A stretch of 64,000 nt of DNA from Okamejei kenojei (lineage: Eukaryota), in NCBI GenBank assembly GCA_035221665.1, contig CM069162.1, positions 6,634,001 through 6,698,000 on the forward strand. Direction: 5' to 3'. The notes under the pieces are model-generated. The model saw only the letters and a list, made by a program, of their open reading frames with translations. It did not search any database and had not been told where the DNA came from. Shown piece after piece: positions 24,066-36,004 of the stretch; the stretch's first letter is position 1, and each line of letters starts with the position of its first letter. Position numbers and translations under genes: made by a program.

Positions 24066-25836
24066 CTCTCAAAGCTCGTCTCTCCAAACCCCCTCCAGAC
24101 CAAGCCTCTGAAGCCATTGTCTTCCAGCAAAGAAACAGGCCCTTCGGCCCTTCACATCCACGCTAACACCTTTGCCCAATGACGCTAATGCCATGAGATC
24201 CACGCCCGCTGTAAATGGCCCATTTGTGACCACGCTGAGTGGATGATAGCCCGAAACAGACGCTTTCCACTGTACCCCAGTACAGTGACAATAAACTAAA
24301 CTGAACTAAATGAAACTATTATCCTTCTCTACCGTGTCTTTTTAAGTGTCTGTCTAAATATATTTTAAGTGTAACGGTGTCTCTGCCTTCTCCAAAGTGT
24401 TCCCTTTTTAAGTCCATCTACTGATCATCCCCAAATGTTTTCCTGCCTCCCCTTTCTCTCTCTCTCCCTCCCCCCCCCCCCCCCCTTTAAAAAGTTCCTT
24501 AATATCTACCTTTGATCAAGCTAATGGCCGCCTGCACGGATGTGTGTCCTGGTGTCACATGTTATTTGATTAAATTCCAATTAAGGGGTACAATGACTAA
24601 TACTATATAAGGGATGAACACTGATGTAACTTACGGCACCTCCAATAAATAAAGATATTGAAAAAATATATATTTTTAACAAATAAAAATAAAATAAATA
24701 AATTCCAACTGAGTGCCTCAGAACGGATGCCTTTGTTGCATTCGTTGATGTATACATGGGAGTTGGGAACTCTCTGACTTTATTCCAAATCTATTCCCAG
24801 TGTTTTTTCCCCTTTTTTTTCTTGCTGGACACAGTATTCCTCTGAATTTTGACACGAAAGACAAAGTGTTTGGATTTGCATCGCCAAGTTGGAAGCCCGC
24901 CGCTCCCACACAATCCACGTCCCCACCTTCCAAAGTTGACACGCGGTTGCCACTGCAGAGACCAGTGTGTTTTGTGTTCTCACTCCAGAGAGACTTTGAA
25001 TCCAGTTTCCCGCCCTGTGTGCACGCTTCGCCGTTTTAAAGCGCCATACTTTCTTAACGACTGTCTTTGCACAAGTTTCCCAAACATGTTTACCTAAACT
25101 TGGGAGTTCCAACAATCTCTGCCGAACGTAACCGGCTTACAAACCCATTCCAGAGGGAAGCAGGCATATAATCCCCCCCACCCAAAACATCCAAATTGAG
25201 TATCCCCCTCGGGTTTTAAAACACCGTCTTATTCCGCGTCGCTAAAAAAACCCGAGAGAGAGAGACATGTGTTTTTTTTTTCCCAAACTTGGTACAAAAA
25301 GTATTTCGTCCCCTCGAATACCTTTGCCGAATGTGAGCTTTCCCTCATCCAATATTGTTCCACTTGCGAGAACAAAAGTCCGCCTTTAAATTAGCCGTGA
25401 CAGTGTTGTGTAAATATTTATGATGTAACATCACAGACTCAATGCAGGTCTGTATCAATCTATCAGTGCCGTCCAAATAAGGACCCCCTTCCAGTGTCTG
25501 AGCCCGCGGGACGTTGAGACGCAAGCCATGTCCTCCCTCTTCAGTGTTTGTTTTTGCATTGACTCGGCGCAGTCCAACTGCGAAGCCTTTCTCCTCTCGC
25601 CTCGGCTTCCCCCCGCACTTCAAAGCCCGGCCGAGATATTGTTTCGGGGCCGTAGCCAATGGCCCTGAAAATCTTGAAACAGTGAAACGCGGTGTAGGTC
25701 AAATTAAAGGAGTCACGCTCGCACTTCCTGAGTGGCGAATGTGGGATGTTTCCTTTCTGCCTCCTCCACCTTGGTTACCGGGAATGTTTCTTTTTTTTTT
25801 TTTGAAAGACGTTGTTCCCTGGGTTTATTCATGAAG

Positions 25837-25868
25837 GCTTGGCGTGGCTTGGCTTGGCTTGGCTTGGT
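25837..25868. repeat. (GGCTT)n pentanucleotide repeat
   Basis: Direct reading. Confidence 0.85.
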
Positions 25869-26055
25869 TGGACGCAGCAGCGGCCCGTTGTAGGCAGCGC
25901 TGACCCGGGTTGAAGCGGCAGAAATTCTCCTGCCCCACGGTCCGTGTGAACTGCCAGCAAACGCCTGTCCACAGTGGGGAAAGAACTGGCAATGTTCGCG
26001 CTGCGAGGGCTAAAAGTGTCGAGTCTTATCTTACCCCGGTCACTCTCTCTTCTCA

Positions 26056-26385
26056 GGTAGACAAAAGTGCTGGAGAAATTCAGCGGGTGCGGCAGCATCT
26101 ATGGAGCGAAGGAAATAGGCAACGTTTCGGGCCGAAACCCGTAGGGTTTCGGGCCGAAACGTTGCCTATTTCTGTAATCCCAAACTCTGTAATCCCTTCG
26201 GGTTTCGGCCCGAAACGTTGCCTATTTCTGTAATCCCAAACTCTGTAATCCCTTCGGGTTTCGGCCCGAAACGTTGCCTATTTCTGTAATCCCAAACTCT
26301 GTCATCCCTTAGGGTTTCGCACTGAGATTCTCCAGCATTTTTCGTCTACCTTCGAATTTCCAGCATCTGCAGTTCCTTCTTAAAC
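26056..26385. mobile_element. PLE-derived fold-back element (family B) with three 56-bp internal units
   Basis: Units start at 26144, 26200, 26256 (next partial 26312); arms gtagacaaaagtgctggaga / tctccagcattttt; tail ends ttcttaaaca. Confidence 0.8.
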
Positions 26386-26452
26386 ACTCCCATTTCTCCC
26401 CTCTCCCATTAGGCAGGAGATAGAAAATGCTTCTGAAGAAGGGTCTCGACCC

Positions 26453-26788
26453 TTCCCAATGTTCCCAATGTTGGGCGAGTCCAGAACCAGGGGGCACAGT
26501 CTTAGAATAAAGGGGAGGTCATTTAAGACTGAGGTAAGAAAAAACGTTTTCACCCAGAGAGTTGTGAATTTGTGGAATTCCCTGCCACAGAGGGCAGTGG
26601 AGGCCAAGTCACTGAATGGATTTAAGAGAGAGTTGGATAGAGCTCTAGGGGCTAGTGGAATCAAGGGATATGGGGAGAAGGCAGGCACGGTTTATTGATA
26701 GGGGACGATCAGCCATGATCACAATGAATGGCGGTGCTGGCTCGAAGGGCCAGATGGCCTCCTGCTCCACCTATTTTCTATGTTTCTA
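26453..26788 (+). mobile_element. CR1 LINE 3' end inserted in a PLE hammerhead motif
   Basis: MFPMLGESRTRGHSLRIKGRSFKTEVRKNVFTQRVVNLWNSLPQ; flanks ctgaagaagggtctcgaccc / gacccgaaacgtcacc. Confidence 0.85.
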
Positions 26789-26902
26789 TGACCCGAAACG
26801 TCACCTATTCCCTTTCTCCAGAGATGTTGCCTGACCCGCTGAGTTACTCCAGCATTTTGTGTCGATCTTTGGTGTCAACCAGCATCTGCAGTTCCTTCCT
26901 AC

Positions 26903-27132
26903 ACCTCAGATCCAGAGACAGTTTCTTCCCAGCTGTTATCAGGTAACTGAACCATCCTACCACCAACTAGAGAGCGGTCCTGAACTACTATCTACCTCAT
27001 TGGAGACTATCTTTGATCGGACTTTACCGGACTTTATCTTGCACCAAACATTATTCCCTTTATCACGTATCTTCCATTTCAACGTGAAAGTGTTTCACTG
27101 CACCTCGGCACACCGACAATAAACTAAACTCA
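26903..27132 (+). mobile_element. Rex1/Babar LINE 3' end
   Basis: RDSFFPAVIR motif and shared 3'UTR. Confidence 0.75.
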
Positions 27133-27215
27133 ACTCCGATATCTGTAAGAGAGAACTGCAGATGCTGGTTTACACCAAAGATAGACACGACATGCTGGAG
27201 TAGCTCCGTTGGTGA

Positions 27216-27602
27216 ACTGTACACTGCAAGGGCCAGGAAGCGAGCGGGCAAGGTCATCTCTGACCCCTCTCACCCTGGCCACAAACTCTTTGAATCACTT
27301 CCCTCTGGAAGGCGACTCCGGGCTGTCAAAGCTGCCACAGCCGGACATAAAAACAGGTTTTATCCACGAGTAGTTGCTCTACTCAACTGCCAGAAATCTG
27401 TAGCCTCCCTTTGATCTGGTATTTTGTTGGTTCACATGCTTGATCAATGGTGTTTTATCATTAATGTTTTATTATTATCAATGTTTAATGTTTTCTGAGT
27501 CATTCGTAACTGTTACTGTATGTCATGTTGTTACTTGTGGGCGGAGCACCAAGGCAAATTCCTTGTATGTGAATACTTGGCCAATAAACGTACTTACTTA
27601 CT
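27216..27602 (+). mobile_element. Rex1/Babar LINE 3' end, second family
   Basis: Encodes RKRAGKVISDPSHPGHKLFESLPSGRRLRAVKAATARHKNRFYP; AATAAA then (tact)n tail. Confidence 0.75.
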
Positions 27603-27780
27603 TCCTTAGTACAGGTTATAGGTTAGTACAGGTGTCAGAGGACACGGGGAGAAGCAGGAGAATGGGGTTAAGATAGATCAACCATGTTGAATGGCGGAGT
27701 AGCCTTGATTCTGCTCCTATCACTTATGGTCTTATGAGTATCTCAGTGGGTCAGGCAGCATCTCTGGAGAAAAGGGAATA

Positions 27781-27815
27781 GGTGACGTTTCGGGGTCGAG
27801 ACCCTTCATCAGACC
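27781..27815 (-). ncRNA. Minimal hammerhead ribozyme motif (PLE-associated)
   Basis: Minus strand reads ggt-CUGAUGA-a-GGGUC-uc-GACCC-c-GAAAC-GUC-acc. Confidence 0.5.
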
Positions 27816-28084
27816 CTGTAGCTGTACACTGTAAATGGCCGGTTTGTAATCATGTATTGTCTTTCCGCTGACTGGATAGCCCGCAACAAAAGCTTTTCAC
27901 TGTACCCCGGTACACGTGGCAATAAACTGAAACGATACAAAACTCAATTAAACGAAGGCTCGGGTTTTGCAGTGCCGACTGGATCATCCACTTGATGCTC
28001 CACCTATAAAACCCCAATGTTGCCTCAGAAACAACGACTTCTCGTGAAATGTGGTCAAACTGAAGACTTAAGCCATTAATAATG

Positions 28085-28420
28085 TGCAGGAAGGAACTGC
28101 AGATGTCGGTTTAAACCGGAGATGGGCACAAGAAGCTGGGGTAACTCAACGGGCCAGGCGGCAACTCTGGAGAGAAGGAATAGGTGACATTTTGGGTCGA
28201 GACCCTTCTTCAGACTGAGAGTCAGGGGAGAGGGAAAGGAGAGATCCAGGCGGTGATGTAGAGAGATGTAGAACACACGATTGAAAGATTTGCCGAGAGG
28301 TAACGATGATAAAGGACAGCGGCCGTTGTTAGCAGTGGGCTAGATGAAAACGAGTTGCAGACAACGAAACCCAACAAGGCGACTTTGAAATCAGTACAAC
28401 AACATGGTGGTGGGAGCTCC
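28085..28420 (-). mobile_element. PLE 3' portion
   Basis: Terminus gtgcaggaaggaactgcagatg, mutated HHR motif, 3'UTR shared with 17055-17445 and 41420-41790. Confidence 0.7.
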
Positions 28421-29572
28421 AAGCTTACTCCTGGTAGGCAGACGCTAACATCTGGAGCAACTCAGCGGGACAGGCAGCATCTCTGAAGAGAAGGAATGGG
28501 TGACGCTTCGGGCCGAGACCCTTCCTCAGACTGCTATGCTGCCAGCCACCTGACTGCTGGGTGAATAAAGGATCTTCAGGCCTGGCCAAGCAGACTATAG
28601 GGCTACTGGCATTGGGCGCAATGGACCAGTGGAGGGGGCAGACGGGATCACAGAAAGAACAAAATGCCAATCATTTGTAAAGCCAAACAGACCAACGGGT
28701 CGTGTAAGAACCCACGTTTGCACAGACCTTGCAGGAAATGTTTAAGACTGAACGACAGATGCTGGAAAATCGAAGGTACACACAAATGCTGGAGAAACTC
28801 AGCGGGTGAGGCAGCATCTACAGATCTACAGATCTACAGGTGCTGAGTTCCTGCAGCATTTTCTGCGTACCTTGCAGGGAATGTTTGGAGGTCTCCAGTG
28901 CCGAATCGCCCGCAGAACAGTGCCCTTTGACGACATCTGTTCCACTTGATTCAACAATTGTTCGGCAGTTGCACCTGTAACACTGCGCGGGATCGCACCC
29001 CTCCCCGTGTCCCTCTGCCCCACCATGTCACACCCAGAGTCTTGAGCCTGGGCACAAAGTGCTGGTGTAACCCGGCGAGTCAGGCAGCATCTCTGGAGAG
29101 AAAAAAAGGATGGGTGACGTTTCGGGTCTGAGTTTCTCCAGCCCTTTTTTTTACATTTGTGGGGTCATCCAGCGTGGAAACTGGCCCTTCGGTCCAATTT
29201 GCCCACAGCGACCAACATGTCCCATCTACACTAGCCCCACCTGCCTACGTTTGGCCCAGTGTGTATCTTCGGTATAAACCAGCATCTGCAGTTCCCCCCT
29301 ACACATTTTGTCTGCAGTTCCGTGTTTTTACCATAGACTGAACACTCTATCCTGGTGAACGACCCACACTTGCATTAACAATCAGTGCGTGAGGGATTCC
29401 ACGGAGGCAGTAGTTGCTTTCTCAAACTTCCATCATTGGGTGGCAAAGACTGGAGTTTAGCACCGGAGACCCCATCTCCCCCAGCCCAGCCCTTCCTGCC
29501 CTCCTTCCTCAGAGTTTTTACCGATCTATTGAGTTCCACATGTTGCCTGGAAAATAATTGAACGTGGAGAAG

Positions 29573-29835
29573 AGGCGCAGCGGTAGAGTTGCCGCCTTGC
29601 AGCGCCAGAGACCCGGGTTCGATCCCGACTACGGCTGCTGTCTGTACGGAGTTTGTACGTTCTCCCCGTGACCTGCGTGGGTTTTCTCCGAGATCTTCGG
29701 TTTCCCCCCGCACTCCGAAGACGTGCAGGTTTGTAGGTTAATCGGCTTGGTATAAATGCAAATTGGGGGTCGCTGGTCGGCGCGGATGCGGTGGGCCGAA
29801 GGGCATTTTTTTTGGCGCTGTATCCCTAATCTAAA
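29573..29835 (+). mobile_element. HE1-like V-SINE
   Basis: Well-preserved head ggcgcagcggtagagttgccgcc...ggttcgatcc and V-domain. Confidence 0.85.
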
Positions 29836-30064
29836 CGGTTTTTAGAGAATGGAATCGCATTCAAATGTAATATAATCCGGTGCCGGTCACCAGATGCAGC
29901 CTGCTGTGGTAATGGGATCCCTGCTTTACCTACCCTGCCCCGGTCAAAACTGGCAAGCCGATTATTTTCATTGAACCGGTTTGTTTTCTGTTCCCCCTGT
30001 CTCTCTCAACCCACCTCAACTATCCAAGGCCGAGTGTATTTTTCAATTCATATCACTGAGGTTT

Positions 30065-30360
30065 TCATTTGGTTTAGAGATACAGCAAGGCAACGGGTTC
30101 TTCGGCCCACGGAGTCCAATCATCGATCCCATTTTCCCACCACTTCCTACACATTAAAGCAAGTTACAGAGGCCGGCAACCCCGTACTATCCCACACACA
30201 CACACACACACGGCCATTTTCTGTACAGAAGCCAAATAAACTACACACCCGCATCTCTTTGGGATGTGGGAGGAAACCTGGAGCAGCCGGAGAAACCCCA
30301 CGCGGTCACAGGGAGAACTCCGCACAGACAGCACCCGAGATCAGGATCGAACCCGGCTCT
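30065..30360 (-). mobile_element. HE1-like V-SINE
   Basis: V-domain, B-box and tail on minus strand. Confidence 0.75.
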
Positions 30361-30449
30361 CTGACGCCGAGCCCCAACGCCGCCAATCTGGACCAATTTG
30401 GAAACAACTCTACGAGTTGAGTGAGACCCAGTGAACTTAAGAAATAGGA

Positions 30450-30630
30450 ACAAAGAACGGCAGGTGCTGCTGGTTTATATTAAAGTGCTGGAGTAGCTCG
30501 GGCAGCATCTCGGGGAAAAAAAAGGATGGGTGACGTTTCAGGAGAAGGTGACCCGAAAAGTCACCTATCATTTGGTTCCAGAGATGCTGCCCGACCCGCT
30601 GAGTTACTCCGGCACTCTGTGTCTATATTT
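30450..30630. mobile_element. Degenerate PLE fold-back (family A)
   Basis: Inverted arms gctggagtagctc / gagttactccggc. Confidence 0.6.
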
Positions 30631-30792
30631 GAACTAAAGACATATTTTGTTTAGTCCGGTTTAGTTTATTGTCCCGTGTGCCGAGGTGCAGGGGAAAGCC
30701 TTTGTTGCCTGCTATCTTAATTAATATTATTTATATTTATTTAAAATCTGCTTGATATGAAGCTAAAATACAGTTTAATTCCAAGTGCAGGA

Positions 30793-30834
<42 letters not shown>

Positions 30835-31521
30835 CACAGAGATGCGGGGAGACTGTTGAGGTCTCCGGAATGGACTTTTTACTCCGGCTAATTACACCTG
30901 CTGAAAACGACAGCGTCCTCCAAAAGACTTAAGTGCAGTGGAACAAATTCCCCCCGCAATGTTTGCAGTTTCATCAGTTTCCAAATCAAAGTGGCATCGG
31001 CGTGGATGGAGTTCTCCCACTCCCAAACTGGGTTTGTTTGAAAGCGCCGTCTTTGTAACCACGGATTCATTTCACAAAACACTAAGAAGTCAAAAAAAAA
31101 AAGAAACATACTTCTCTGTGGCCTAAATAGAAGAGTAAACATCGGCACAAAAGCATTAATTTAATTGATTGTTGTATAACAGGCCCAAAGCTCTGTTATC
31201 GTGTTACCCCAGCAACAGAAACGTATTGTCATGCCGCTTAGATGAATTGAAGGAAGCATTCTTTATTTTGCCGTGCCTCTATTATATTTTTTCTTCAGCT
31301 GTGAAAACAGTGGAGGAGGGAGGGAGGGGGGGGGGGGGGGGGGGGTGGTGATGGGGAAGGGTGTGAGGACCGCGTGGAAATCAATTCTGAGCTTGAGTTA
31401 CTATCAATAATGATCATTCCCAACTCTCTGCAACAGGGGCTTGTTGGCGTTGGCCAGGGACGGCTGTTGCCCTGACTGTTTGCCCCCAGTAAGCGTTAAG
31501 TAAAGAACTTGCCTCTCCTCT

Positions 31522-31552
<31 letters not shown>

Positions 31553-32236
31553 GAGAGGGGGCACTAGCATGAAACCGCTCACCTTAAGGAAAGGTTTTGT
31601 GGATTTTTGCTCTGTGTCCTTTAAGTTTGTCTTCTTCCCGCTTGTTCAAAGACAGATAGAGAGGGAGGAGGGAGAGAGGGAGAGAGAGAAGTGCGGGGGG
31701 TTCGTATTGATCTAATCTAGTTACAGGCGGCCTGCTATTTGGAACAGTTCTATCAGAAGCTGCCTGACCTACATGGATGTCACACGGCAGCGATTCTCCT
31801 GACCAGCCGCTTTATGATGGAGATAAGGCTCACAGTTTTAGGTTTATCTTCCCGGCCGTCCTCTGCGAGAGGTGACGCAAAATGAGATGTTATTGTCAAA
31901 TGTTGTATAAACGAGGCTCCTGACAAGCAGGGCTTTATTGGATTTGCACTGCTTCAGTGGCATGTATATCATTTACAAATTTACATTTATTCTGCAGATA
32001 GGGCTGCCAGACACATCACGGTGTGAGGATCAGCCAGCGAGGTGACTTTGTCCCCTTTACACTATTAACAGCTGCCTGTAAATTTTATGCTGTCCTTGCT
32101 TTCCAGCCAATTATACCAAAGAGGTTTAGAAAGCTTATTTTTTTTATCTCTCCATGGGCCTCAATACTTTGTATTTTCTTTTGATTCTGGATTACATTTA
32201 ACCCTGTCTTGGCTGCAGGCTGCCAGCTTTCTCTCG

Positions 32237-32316
32237 GTGTGTGTGTGTGTCGGTGTGTGTGTGTGTGTGTGTCGGTGTGTGTCGGTGTGTGTCGGTGTGT
32301 GTCGGTGTGTGTGTGT
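32237..32316. repeat. Compound (GT)n/(GTGTGTCG)n microsatellite
   Basis: Direct reading. Confidence 0.9.
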
Positions 32317-33024
32317 CTGTGACTGCCTTTTTTAAAAAGAAAATTGTGCAGACGAGCAGCGATCAGGGATCACACGAAATGTGCAGGAAAGGACTGCAGA
32401 TGCTGGTTTAAACCAAAGTCCTTTCCTAGCGGGGCTGCGAATTCCACCGCTGAAGGGTGTTTTTGAGCGCCGTCGCAATGGGACTTTCTGTTTGTGAGTT
32501 CGAGCCATTGTCTCGACCACAATGCGGCTGTCTTTTCTCAACAACTGTTCTGGGTCCTGGGACACTTTGTAGTCATTGTACTCTTGGGCTGCTGAGACCT
32601 AACCCTTTCTCAGAATATCACTTTATGGGAAATAAGTGACAGAGAAGACCTTTGTGTGGGAGAGATTAACCACTTGATAGCTGGTCCCCCTGTAGCGCAG
32701 TGTCACTGGTTAAAAGGATGAATGTGTATCCATCAGCGCATGTGTTCACCTGCTTGCAGACCACTGCCCCGTTCTCTTTCTGTATTCCACGTAGGAAATA
32801 CAACGCCTTTGTCCAAAGTTTAGCATTCACTCATTTTTTCTTCCACTCAGTTAACACTCCCTAAAGGCTCCGGCAATGTCTGACCTTCTCTGCTAGTCCA
32901 TGAATCGCCATCGCGCTTCAAACTCCACCAGGTGGACAGGAGTTCAAAAATAAAACAACTTTTAGGACACTTCCAAAGAATTCGGTTCAGCCAAATGTTC
33001 AGTTTGTTCCAACTCCTGCCAAGA

Positions 33025-33222
33025 CAAGACACGAAAAGCTGGAGTAACTCAGCGGGACAGGCAGCATCTCTGGAGAAAAGGGATGGGGTGACGTTTGGGG
33101 TCAGTTTCGACCTGAAACGTCGTCACCCCTTTTTTTTTTTCTCCACAGATGCTGCCTGTCCCGCTGAGTTATCCAGCATTTCGTGTCGATCTTCGATGTA
33201 AACCAGCATCTGCAGTTCCTTC
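33025..33222. mobile_element. PLE fold-back (family A)
   Basis: Inverted arms plus tail cagcatctgcagttccttc. Confidence 0.7.
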
Positions 33223-33275
33223 ACAAATCAAACTGAAGTTGGCCGGATCATCCATCACACCTCCATCACACATTG

Positions 33276-33870
33276 AATATAGCATTTGGGGTGTAATGTT
33301 AAAATTGTACAAGGCATTGGTGAGGCCAATTCTGGAGTATGGTGTACAATTCTGGTCGCATATATATTATAGGAAAGATGTCAACAAAATAGAGAGAGTA
33401 CAGAGGAGATTTACTAGAATGTTGCCTGGGTTTCAGCACCTAAGCTACAGAGAAAAGTTGAACAAGTTAGGTCTTTATTCTTTGGAGCGCAGAAGGATAA
33501 GGGGGGACTTGATAAATGTCTTTAAAATTATGAGAGGGATAGACAGAGTTGGTGCTTTTTCCATTGAGAGTAGGGAAGATTCAAACAAGAGGACATGATT
33601 TGAGAATTAAGGGACAGATGTTTAGGGGTAACATGAGGGGGAACTTCTTTACTCAGAGAGTGGTGGCTGTGTGGAATGAGCTTCCAGTGGAAGTGGTGGA
33701 GGCAGGTTCGATTTTATCACTTAAAGATAAATTGGGTAGGTTTATGGATGGGAAAGGAATGGAGGGGTATGGTCTGAGTGCAGGTAGATGGGATTGGGTG
33801 AGAGTAAGTGTTCGGCACGGACTGGAAGGGCCGAGTGGCCTGTTTCCGTGCTGTAATTGTTATATGGTTA
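33276..33870 (+). mobile_element. CR1 LINE 3' end (subfamily with SINE-like tail)
   Basis: MLKLYKALVRPILEYGVQFWS...ERVQRRFTRMLPG...FFTQRVVAVWNELP; tail gggccgagtggcctgtttccgtgctgta. Confidence 0.85.
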
Positions 33871-34232
33871 TATTGCTGCCTGTCACGCTGAATTACTCCA
33901 GCATTTGGTAACGATCTTCGGTGTAAACCAGCATCTGCAGTTCCTTCACTAACCAAACTGAGTTTGGCCGGATCATCCATCCATCACACCTTTGCTTGTT
34001 CACCTGCACCGACTTCCAGGTAGGCTTTGCCGCGGATGGGAGACGACACTTGGCCGGGCATGCGGCCGGGGAGGGGAGGGGAGGGGAGGGGGGTGGGGGG
34101 AACGCGGCGAAAGCCTCGCAGGGTGTTTTTGGAGGGTCTGATGAGTGGGTGTGTTGGTGGAGACGGGCGGGGATGAAGCATGAAAGGGGTCAGGAGACTG
34201 AGATGTCCAGGGGAAGAGATTCCAGAGTTTGT

Positions 34233-34707
34233 AAGAGATTAAGAAGGAACTGCAGATGCTGGAAAATCGAAGGTAGACATAAAAATGCTGGAGAAACTCA
34301 GCGGGTGCGGCAGCATCTACGGGTTTCGGCCCGAAACGTTGCCTATTTCTGTAATCCCACAGAGTTTCGCCCTGAAACGTTGCCTATTTCCCTCGCTCCA
34401 TAGATGCTGCCGCACCCGCTGAGTTTCTCCAGCATTTTTATGTCTAGCTTCCAGAGTCTGTAGGAAGGAACAGCAGATGCTGATTTAAACCGAAGGCAGA
34501 CACAAAAAAAAAAGCTGGAGTAACTCAACAGGACGGGCAGCATCTCCGTAGAGAAGGAATGGGTGACGTGTGGAGTCGAGACCCTTCTTCAGACTGGCTT
34601 GGGTCTAATCAGAATGAAGACAGGGCGTCTCGGCCCGAAACGTCACCCATCCCTTCTCTCCAGACTCCCTGTCCCGCTGAGTTACTCCAGCTTTTTGTGC
34701 CTATCCC
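34233..34707. mobile_element. Two adjacent PLE fold-backs (family B 34240-34447, family A 34460-34707)
   Basis: Target agattccagagtttgt at 34217-34232 and 34708-34723, near copy ttccagagtctgta at 34449-34462. Confidence 0.75.
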
Positions 34708-35019
34708 AGATTCCAGAGTTTGTTCACCGCCCACCGGTGGAGTGCCCCAGCTTGGAGGCAGGATGACGGGGCGGGATAGTGTGGTGACCACAGATATACG
34801 AGGGGGGCTTCAGGGGCAGAAGGGGGTTACGGCGAGCGTGTGGGTGAACAATCGGAGTAGGTGTGATTTAGACCCGGTATCCGAGTGGAAGCAGGAGAAA
34901 TGCTGGTTTATACCAAAGACAGACTCAACGCGCTGGAGTTACTCGGCGGGTCCATGGGGAACATGGATGAGTTTTCGGGTGAGGAAGAAGGTTTCCCAAA
35001 CGACTCAAAACGTCACCTA

Positions 35020-35255
35020 TTAACTTACAAACCCGTACACTAGCACCATCCTACAGGGACATCGTGGTGGTTTTTTTTTTAACGGAAGGCAAATAACCGA
35101 CTATTTGGGATGTTGGCGATGGTGGGAGGGGGGGGCCGGAGCACCCGGAGGAAGCCCTCGCGGTCAAGGGAAGAGAGTGCAAACTCCACACCGACAGCAG
35201 CCGAGGTCGGGATCGAACCCGGACCACAGGCGCTGTGAGGCAGCGGTTCTACCCC
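35020..35255 (-). mobile_element. HE1-like V-SINE
   Basis: V-domain and head on minus strand. Confidence 0.7.
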
Positions 35256-36004
35256 TGTGGACCAATCTGGTAACAACCTCCGCTCCGATCACCAGAGAGG
35301 CTGCCCGACCCGCTGGGGTATTCCGGCACTTTGTGAAGCCAATTTAAACCAGGACGCCAGCAGTTAAGGTCTCTGGGACTGGGAGGCTGGGGGGGGGGGG
35401 GGGGTAGTGAGGCTGTTAGGGGTCCTCTTACACACCCTGGGATCGCGCACAGTATCATTTCCTCAGCGGCACATTGAGAGCTGAGAAGAATGAGCCGCCT
35501 GTGGGAGGTGGCGGAGGGCACATTGGGTTCAGCCTTTATTGCTTTAATCTGCAGGCTGATGGCTCCCAGTGCACCGGCCTGAGCTCACAGCCATCACAGG
35601 TTAGTGGATTTATGAAACTGACCTGAAATTAGCGGGTCAGGCGTTCCAACACACCGTCGGCAGTGGGACTGAGAGGGGCTGGCGTTTAAACAGGCCCGTC
35701 TAATCCCATTCGCCATTTCAGTGGAGGGACCGTTCAGGAGAAGAGGATACAGAGGGAATCCGAGTCCATAACTCCCTGAAAGTGGCAACACATATAGTGT
35801 GGGATGTCAAAGATAGACACAAGATGCTGGAGTACATCAAGTGGGTCAGGCAGCATCTGTGGAGGAAAAGGACCCGTGACTTGTCGTGTTAGGACCCGAA
35901 ACATCACCAGGGTCCCGACCCCGAAACGTCACCCATTCTTTTTCTCCAAAGATGCTGCCTGACCTGCTGAGTTACTCCAGCCTTCCGTGTCTATATATAC
36001 TGCA

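Noticed and set aside
24640-24705. AATAAA cluster as a gene 3' end
   Set aside because: It is A-rich low complexity with no upstream terminal exon identifiable.
26144-26311. Palindromic repeat with spacer-like segments resembling a CRISPR array
   Set aside because: The intervening segments are near-identical, so it is a 56-bp tandem repeat within a PLE-derived element.
31521-31550. Long G/C homopolymers (also 42742-42774, 31326-31345)
   Set aside because: These are simple sequences of uncertain assembled length, with no specific function inferable.
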